A stretch of DNA of 64,000 nt from a virus (lineage: Duplodnaviria > Caudoviricetes). Shown here piece after piece: positions 58,404 to 64,000 of this stretch. The position numbers and the translations under genes are program-made. Below the pieces are notes generated by a model. That model was not told where the DNA came from and ran no database searches. It saw only the letters and a program-made list of their open reading frames with translations. The stretch is from positions 32,001-96,000 of the IMG/VR virus record IMGVR_UViG_3300047561_000814. The stretch is one strand, 5' to 3'. Every line of letters starts with the position of its first letter. Position 1 is the stretch's first letter.

Positions 58404-58419
58404 TTTACTCACCAGTAAG

Positions 58420-58612
58420 TAGGACAAAATGGACATTGTGTCTTGTGATGTAGGTCATGTGGATAACTTACGCTCAAAATTCAATGTGATGTGCGTCATG
58501 TGGATAACTGATCACGAGGTCGGGCGTGTCGGTCCCCGAGTCAATGTCCGATTTGCACCATTTGTCATGTGGTGCATATCACTAATTACATGCGTGTTAT
58601 TCACGGCGTGTC
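58420..58612. promoter_or_regulatory. divergent control region with CRP-like, DnaA-box and GACAC motifs
   Basis: TGTGATGT..GTCATGTGGATAACT twice, GGCGTGTCG twice, TGTGGTGCATATCACT. Confidence 0.65.
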
Positions 58613-58615
58613 GTC

Positions 58616-58644
58616 TTGACTTTTAGGCTTATCTCTGCTATAAT
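58616..58644 (+). promoter_or_regulatory. near-consensus sigma70 promoter with extended -10
   Basis: TTGACT-17 bp-(TGC)TATAAT. Confidence 0.85.
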
Positions 58645-58671
58645 TCCATTATACAAAAAAATAAAGAAGCA

Positions 58672-58807
58672 GACTCAATGAGCCTAGCGATTAAGCCTCT
58701 ACAAGAGGATGAGCCTAGCAAATAAGTGAGTCAGAGATTAGATAGCCTCAATGAGCCTACCAAATAAGCCTAGCAATAGGATGAGCGTAGCAATTAAGTG
58801 AGGTATC
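58672..58807 (+). ncRNA. putative structured ncRNA: two hairpins, four repeated internal loops
   Basis: Four ATGAGC-NNNN-CRAWTAAG units inside stems; compensatory CTAG/CTAG vs CTAC/GTAG; strong promoter upstream; no ORF. Confidence 0.75.
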
Positions 58808-58920
58808 TCACACCACGACACTAGAGGAAAGTCCCCAAAATGTCAGCGGTATCTGGTAAGATACTAGTATCAAGGTTAATCAAGGTGATTAACTTAGTAA
58901 AAGAAAGGTTAGGTCTAAAA

Positions 58921-59082
58921 ATGACTAACACTATATATAACGAAATCGCTGATGAGTTTGGCTCATCTGCTCTATCTATTAACTATCCTGAGCCTGAGAT
59001 TAGTATTACTCGTGCTGCTCAGTTGTTAAATCAAATGGGTTTTGACAATGCTAAAGCCTATCTATTAGCAGGGGGTCGCTAA
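58921..59082 (+). CDS. hypothetical protein
   Basis: ATG after AGGT RBS, downstream of the TGTCAG promoter at 58841. Confidence 0.5.
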   Translation: MTNTIYNEIADEFGSSALSINYPEPEISITRAAQLLNQMGFDNAKAYLLAGGR

Positions 59083-59593
59083 TGACTACCTCCAACATAG
59101 ATAAGATTAACGAAGCCATAGAGGCTTTACAAAATGCTAACAAGGCGTTAGTAGAAATGTTTGGAGAGGATAAAGACTAATGCTAACAGTATTACTAATT
59201 ATCTCTACACTATCTTTTATCACAATGATATTTGGTATCGCACTAACTAACGAAGGAGTACTATAAATGAAAATCACTTACACAATTTGGCAGGGTAGCC
59301 TAAACAAAGGCAGACTAACTGCTAAGACCATGAAAGAGATCATCGCCCTAATTGATGAACTAAACGGAGGCAAGCCTACTCTAAAATTTGAGTATCTTGT
59401 CCATAAGATTGAGCAGGTAGCATAGTGAACCTAGAACTATTATTTGACAGAGAATATTTTTCTCTATACATCAATGGCTTATGGCCTAACGGAGTCGCTA
59501 TTGAAATTCCTACATGGTTACTAATTGGCTCTATTGCTTTTATTTATTCTATTCATCTAATTAGAAAAGATAAAGAAGAGGCATAGGCTGTTA

Positions 59594-59640
59594 GGGGCAC
59601 ACTATCCAGAGTGGTGTGCTCACTATTTTTTTTATTTTTT
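59594..59640 (+). terminator. probable intrinsic terminator
   Basis: GGGCACACTA...TGGTGTGCTC then T runs. Confidence 0.6.
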
Positions 59641-59880
59641 ATTTTTAAAATTACATATCATACATCTAAGAAAAATATTCAGATTTTCTCAAAATGAAAA
59701 TTTTTTCAGATTTAGGCGGGTATAGAAATATTTGCTGGATTAAGTTCTGGATAAGTAGTAAAGAAATCTACCTGTATTTCCTGTATTGCCCACTTGCTTA
59801 TGTATGTTAAAATCATTGCTGTTATAAAAAGTCTAAAGATATATTTGCTAAGGGGCATGCTGATAGTATATAATATTATT

Positions 59881-60039
59881 ATGTGCCAACACGTATATAA
59901 ATACACAAATCCTGGGCTATGCCGATATTGTGGTTTGGACACCCACGATACAGATTGGGCTAAACAAAATAAACTATACGCAGAGTACAGGGAAAAAGTT
60001 GGATTCTTCTTCAACAATAATGCCTGGTGGTCAATCTAG
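59881..60039 (+). CDS. small Zn-binding protein
   Basis: Leaderless start after TATAAT; C.H...C..C. Confidence 0.5.
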   Translation: MCQHVYKYTNPGLCRYCGLDTHDTDWAKQNKLYAEYREKVGFFFNNNAWWSI

Positions 60040-60562
60040 CCAAAATATGGTAAGATAGATATATGTACTTACTAGGACTAGAAATTCGCAAAGACCGTAG
60101 AGAAAAACAATACTCTATGAAGACTTGTTTTGGCTGTAACAAAATAATGTGGGTAGCCCAAGAAAACATAAGAGTCTATAACTATTGCGGTAGTTGCAAA
60201 TGAAACAACAAATCCTAATCTCTATCATCATAATTGGTTTGGCAGCACTGGTATGGCTATTCTAGACAACCTTGAAGACTCTATGGCAGATGACGACGGT
60301 ATGCCAAGTCAAAAAGTTACAGATGCTATCAAAGAAATGCTTGAAGATCCAGAGCACCATAAACTCATGGAACGATTAAAATACATGGAGGACCATGGAG
60401 TCTAAATATCCTATACCACCTTACAGACATACTCCAAAAGGTTTGAACATAATAAATGAAACAACTAAATCAACAAAGTGTTGTGATGCCTGTGAATGTG
60501 GTAATTCTGAAGAAGAAAAGTTTAATAAACTTATGGAGACTCAGTCATCATTTGAAGAGTAG

Positions 60563-61270
60563 TTAGTTTTTGCTATCTCTTTTTCTTTGCATTTTTCTAT
60601 ATACTCCATTTGGCATAAAAGCAGAATGCAAATTAAATTCAGTTTTGTTAAATATCTTTTTATCTTTTTCTGTTTGATATCGTATTTCTTGTTTTAATTT
60701 TTGTGATCTTTTAAAAGGAATATACAGAACAAAAGGCTCTCCTCTTTTGATAGTTATTTCTTTTCCATTTCCATGATATAAAACTTGTTGATTAATTGTT
60801 TGATCTATATCTGTATCTGTAACTCCAGGAAGTACGGACCAATCCTTATTAAAATGATAAAATAATGGTAACTGTAAAACAGACCAACCTGGAGGAGTTA
60901 TAATTTTCCATGGAGAAATTGCTTTAAAAACAAATTGTCCATCAACTCCATTAAAATTTGCACTTGTATAGTTTATAAATTGATCATTGCCATGATGCTC
61001 CCAAGAAACTAGTGGTGTGGATGTTTCCACAAGCCACTTATCATTATTACATTTTAACTTTGTATCACACCACATTGGTAGAATATAGCCTTGAGAAAAA
61101 TAATCTGGAAAAGATGGACAGTCTTTTACGGTCCCTATTTTTGTAGATGGAATATTCTTAAACCATTGTGGAATAAAATGTTTAGCAGGTCTTGGCAAGC
61201 ACTCTTCTATGGATTCTAGACCTTCAATAGTACTGATAAACTGTATCTTATTTGTTTTATTTTTAAACAT
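60563..61270 (-). CDS. conserved phage protein (paralog of 753..1439)
   Basis: P.W.K, CP..D..GY, TPPGWS, LPGV.DTD, GEP...IPFKR. Confidence 0.6.
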   Translation of the reverse strand: MFKNKTNKIQFISTIEGLESIEECLPRPAKHFIPQWFKNIPSTKIGTVKDCPSFPDYFSQGYILPMWCDTKLKCNNDKWLVETSTPLVSWEHHGNDQFINYTSANFNGVDGQFVFKAISPWKIITPPGWSVLQLPLFYHFNKDWSVLPGVTDTDIDQTINQQVLYHGNGKEITIKRGEPFVLYIPFKRSQKLKQEIRYQTEKDKKIFNKTEFNLHSAFMPNGVYRKMQRKRDSKN

Positions 61271-61325
61271 ATATATTATTATATCCTATCGCTTACCCAG
61301 TAGGATTCCTGGCTGAATATATATT

Positions 61326-62137
61326 TCATAAAATTAAACTATTCAAATTTTTATATTTTTTTAATATATAGTCAGAAAAGAAATTTTCTGGATTTGCTTT
61401 ATTTAACTCAATTTTTGAATAAACCTTATGAAGATCTTTTGGTAGACCTAGGGCCTCGTCATTTTCCTTTTCCTCTAATACTATGTTATTTAAATCATTG
61501 TTAAATTTTTTAATTCATATATTTTATCCATAACATTTTGTGTATTTGAAATTAAATCATTATATTTAACTACATGAAATACATCTTTGTTTTCTGTCAA
61601 AGAAGAAGCATATAGAAAAGATTTCAGTTGCAATAAAAATCCATTTTCACCCAATAAATAGTTTGCTCTATTATCATTTAGAGATAATCCAGAGTCCCAT
61701 ATAAAACCTTCATCTGTCATTTTTTTATCTAAATAATCTGAGCCACTCTTAATTGCAGACTCAGTAATTTCAAAAGGATTTCTAATAGTAATAATAATTT
61801 TTGGTTTTGTGTTTATAAAATTTTTAATCAAGTTAACAGATTCGTGTGTGCACCAAAATTTATGTCTATCAAAAATTATAGGTTTTTTAATATCTTTGTG
61901 ATATGAGTCAAGAATTCCCTTAATGGTGTTTTTTGATTTTTCAGATTTTGTGTATTTAGGGTCTGCTGGGTTATCTGAAAAATTTTGGCTAACAGAAAAG
62001 GCATAGTCTAAAACTGGACTAAGATGGCTTGCATAAATTTCTGGATGCTGGTTAAGCAAGGCAGATAAAAGTGTATTTCCAGACCTTTGCAATCCTGATA
62101 AATAAAAATATTTTTTAATTTCTGTTTCTTTTTGCAC
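61326..62137 (-). pseudogene. sulfotransferase-family gene with a -1 frameshift near 61505-61511 (main ORF 62137..61490)
   Basis: SGLQRSGNTLL..LLNQHP PAPS-binding motif, RNP, Y.DL; C-terminal part continues in the -1 frame to 61326. Confidence 0.65.
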
Positions 62138-62139
62138 TT

Positions 62140-62736
62140 TTACAATATCTCCAATTTTGTCGGGGCACCAATGAGAGACTCATTAACACTGGTCCATAAC
62201 TGTGACGACATACTAGTATTAATTCTAGCAGACAAACCAATAGACTCCATAATGTAGTTATGTCCCCCAGACTTGGTTTGAACTTTGTTCCAAACCCCAC
62301 TATCATATATCAAGGTTTGAGCATCAAATACAAACAAATAATAAACCTTCTTTTCATTTTCGGCGGGGACAGAAGACCAATCCTCTTCTGCTTTAGCAAG
62401 ACACACATAGTAATCAGCACTATTATCCACTACGCTAGATATCATGGCATCTAAGGTTTGATATTTACCTAGCCTGGAGCCAGAGAAGGTTAGTGTGTTA
62501 TTTGCGTATACACCCGATTTGACAGAGAAACTTTCGCCTGACTCTAAAGACATGTCTACACTGATACTATGGCTTCTATTGGGCTGCCAGTCGTTTATAT
62601 ACCCTGCCTCAGTCAAAGTGTTAGCAATGAGTTCTTCTAGAAATTCACTTGTGCAGGGAAGACGATAAACGCTATGATGTATTTTTAGTTTACTTGTCAA
62701 ACCTTCAATAAGGGTTTGCTTTATAGAATGTAGCAC
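62140..62736 (-). CDS. PD-(D/E)xK-like endonuclease (restriction-enzyme-like)
   Basis: LEE, VD...SVKSG spacing. Confidence 0.45.
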   Translation of the reverse strand: MLHSIKQTLIEGLTSKLKIHHSVYRLPCTSEFLEELIANTLTEAGYINDWQPNRSHSISVDMSLESGESFSVKSGVYANNTLTFSGSRLGKYQTLDAMISSVVDNSADYYVCLAKAEEDWSSVPAENEKKVYYLFVFDAQTLIYDSGVWNKVQTKSGGHNYIMESIGLSARINTSMSSQLWTSVNESLIGAPTKLEIL

Positions 62737-62907
62737 AATTAATTATAACCTATATCGGGCTATTAAGCAAACATAGATATTACATCCAGTTAGACATTAT
62801 TGTGTGTGTCACACATGTTATGTCTTATAGTGGTTTGGTATCTCTATTTTCGGCTTTGTTAATTCCCGCCGAAATTTAATCTCAAATAGTGATATAATTT
62901 GTTTACA

Positions 62908-63126
62908 ATGATGACAGTAGACGACTGGGCAAAACTAACACTTACAATTCTTTCAATAGTTACTATTGTTGGCGGAGGAGTTCGTTGGCTCGTAAAACAT
63001 TATTTAAACGAACTTAAGCCGAATTCAGGATCCAGTTTAAAAGATTCCGTTGACCGCTTAGAGAAAAAAACTGACCAATTGTTTGAACTTTTGCTTGAAC
63101 ACTTTAAAGATCATTCTAAAAAATAA
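62908..63126 (+). CDS. small membrane protein with coiled coil
   Basis: TM then PNSGSSLKD.V.RLE. Confidence 0.6.
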   Translation: MMTVDDWAKLTLTILSIVTIVGGGVRWLVKHYLNELKPNSGSSLKDSVDRLEKKTDQLFELLLEHFKDHSKK

Positions 63127-63447
63127 TTTTCTTTATATATAACATATAAGATACTTTAAAAAACTTACTTGCTAGTTATTCTTTATTCTTTATATTTTTA
63201 AGTATACACTGTAATACTCTGGATTTTTAGAGTTTATGCAGAATTGATTATAACAATTGTATAACAATTCTTTTAATGCCTGGTTTATAACGTTTTGTTA
63301 CAATTTATACCCTTTATAACGTTTTGTTATGATATGTCCTATTTATACCAATATAGTGTTATAATTTTTATGCTGGCGCCTAGATTCTAACCCCCACCCC
63401 ACTGCGTCTAGGTGTCCAGTTTTTATTTAATGGTATAATCAATTATC

Positions 63448-63846
63448 ATGTGTGCTCCTACAGTAGAAAAATATGGCGCCTCGCCAGCAAATATTCAATG
63501 GACAGTAGTCCGTGGAGACACAGCAACCCTGCTTGTAGAGTTTTTAGAAGACGATGAAATAACACCATTTGACTGCGACAATTGGACTTTTAGAGCAACT
63601 GCCTATGATCCAATGGGAAATGTATTAGATAACTTAACAGTAACCGTTGATGATAATGAGGCAACAATTACTGCTCCAGCATCAATTACAGAGGATTGGG
63701 GAACTGGCTATAGTCAAGTGGCAGCCGAGTTAAGGTTTGATCTTGAAGTAATTATAGAAGGCGGTAGTGGACCAAATGCAGACACGGTCTGGACTCCAGT
63801 TATAGGCACAATATGTGTTCTAAGTGATATGACTCCAGGTTTATAA
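63448..63846 (+). CDS. probable virion protein (BppU-N-like)
   Basis: RGDT...F..D motif, beta-rich; TGGTATAAT promoter. Confidence 0.5.
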   Translation: MCAPTVEKYGASPANIQWTVVRGDTATLLVEFLEDDEITPFDCDNWTFRATAYDPMGNVLDNLTVTVDDNEATITAPASITEDWGTGYSQVAAELRFDLEVIIEGGSGPNADTVWTPVIGTICVLSDMTPGL

Positions 63847-64000
63847 TGCCAATAGTAAAAGTATCAAACCCAACACCACTTCTTCCGCCAGTAATAAAAA
63901 TTGGCAATAAAATATTTAAAATCAAAATAAAGTAGTTAGGATAAGTCATGGCTAAGAGCATGGACTTTCCCCCAAAGAAAAAATATCTAGAAACAATCCA

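Noticed and set aside
58429-58626. 65-aa ORF in the divergent control region (also 53772-54023 and 46712-46924)
   Set aside because: They run across dense regulatory motifs or better-supported small genes; implausible composition
58672-58807. The four 18-nt repeats as a mini CRISPR array
   Set aside because: Intervening segments are only 12-24 nt and are themselves complementary stems; a folded RNA explains them better
1-64000. Alternative genetic code or stop-codon reassignment
   Set aside because: Conserved genes are full-length under the standard code and no suppressor tRNA is seen

Overview
AT-rich segment of a large tailed-phage genome, most likely infecting low-GC (freshwater acI/Nanopelagicales-like) Actinobacteria. 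This host call is an inference from WhiB, a short-arm tRNA-Leu(TAA), many leaderless genes and actinobacterial regulator boxes. Layout: end of a virion module (1-1.9 kb); replication/recombination module with DnaB, primase, SSB, DnaE, RecA, Cas4-like and RuvC-like nucleases (2-14 kb); terminase; two large exported surface-type proteins; lysis genes; tRNAs; auxiliary genes (Hsp20, 2OG oxygenase, thermonuclease, thioredoxin, WhiB, APS-kinase fusion, DenV-like glycosylase); a glycan-biosynthesis block (33.7-40.7 kb); a long minus-strand region of small genes (41-58.4 kb); and the probable start of another virion module. The most unusual content is non-coding: (i) seven dispersed copies of a small H-type pseudoknot with covariation in both stems, mostly at gene 3' ends; (ii) a promoter-driven ~135-nt RNA built from four copies of one internal loop, with a compensatory change (58672-58807); (iii) cassette-like units in 47-59 kb bounded by CTCGGG/CCCGAG junctions, carrying a strictly spaced TGTCWG-N7-TGN-(-10) promoter and CRP-, DnaA-, LexA- and WhiA-like boxes. 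All protein calls are by motif recognition only; no database searches were run.
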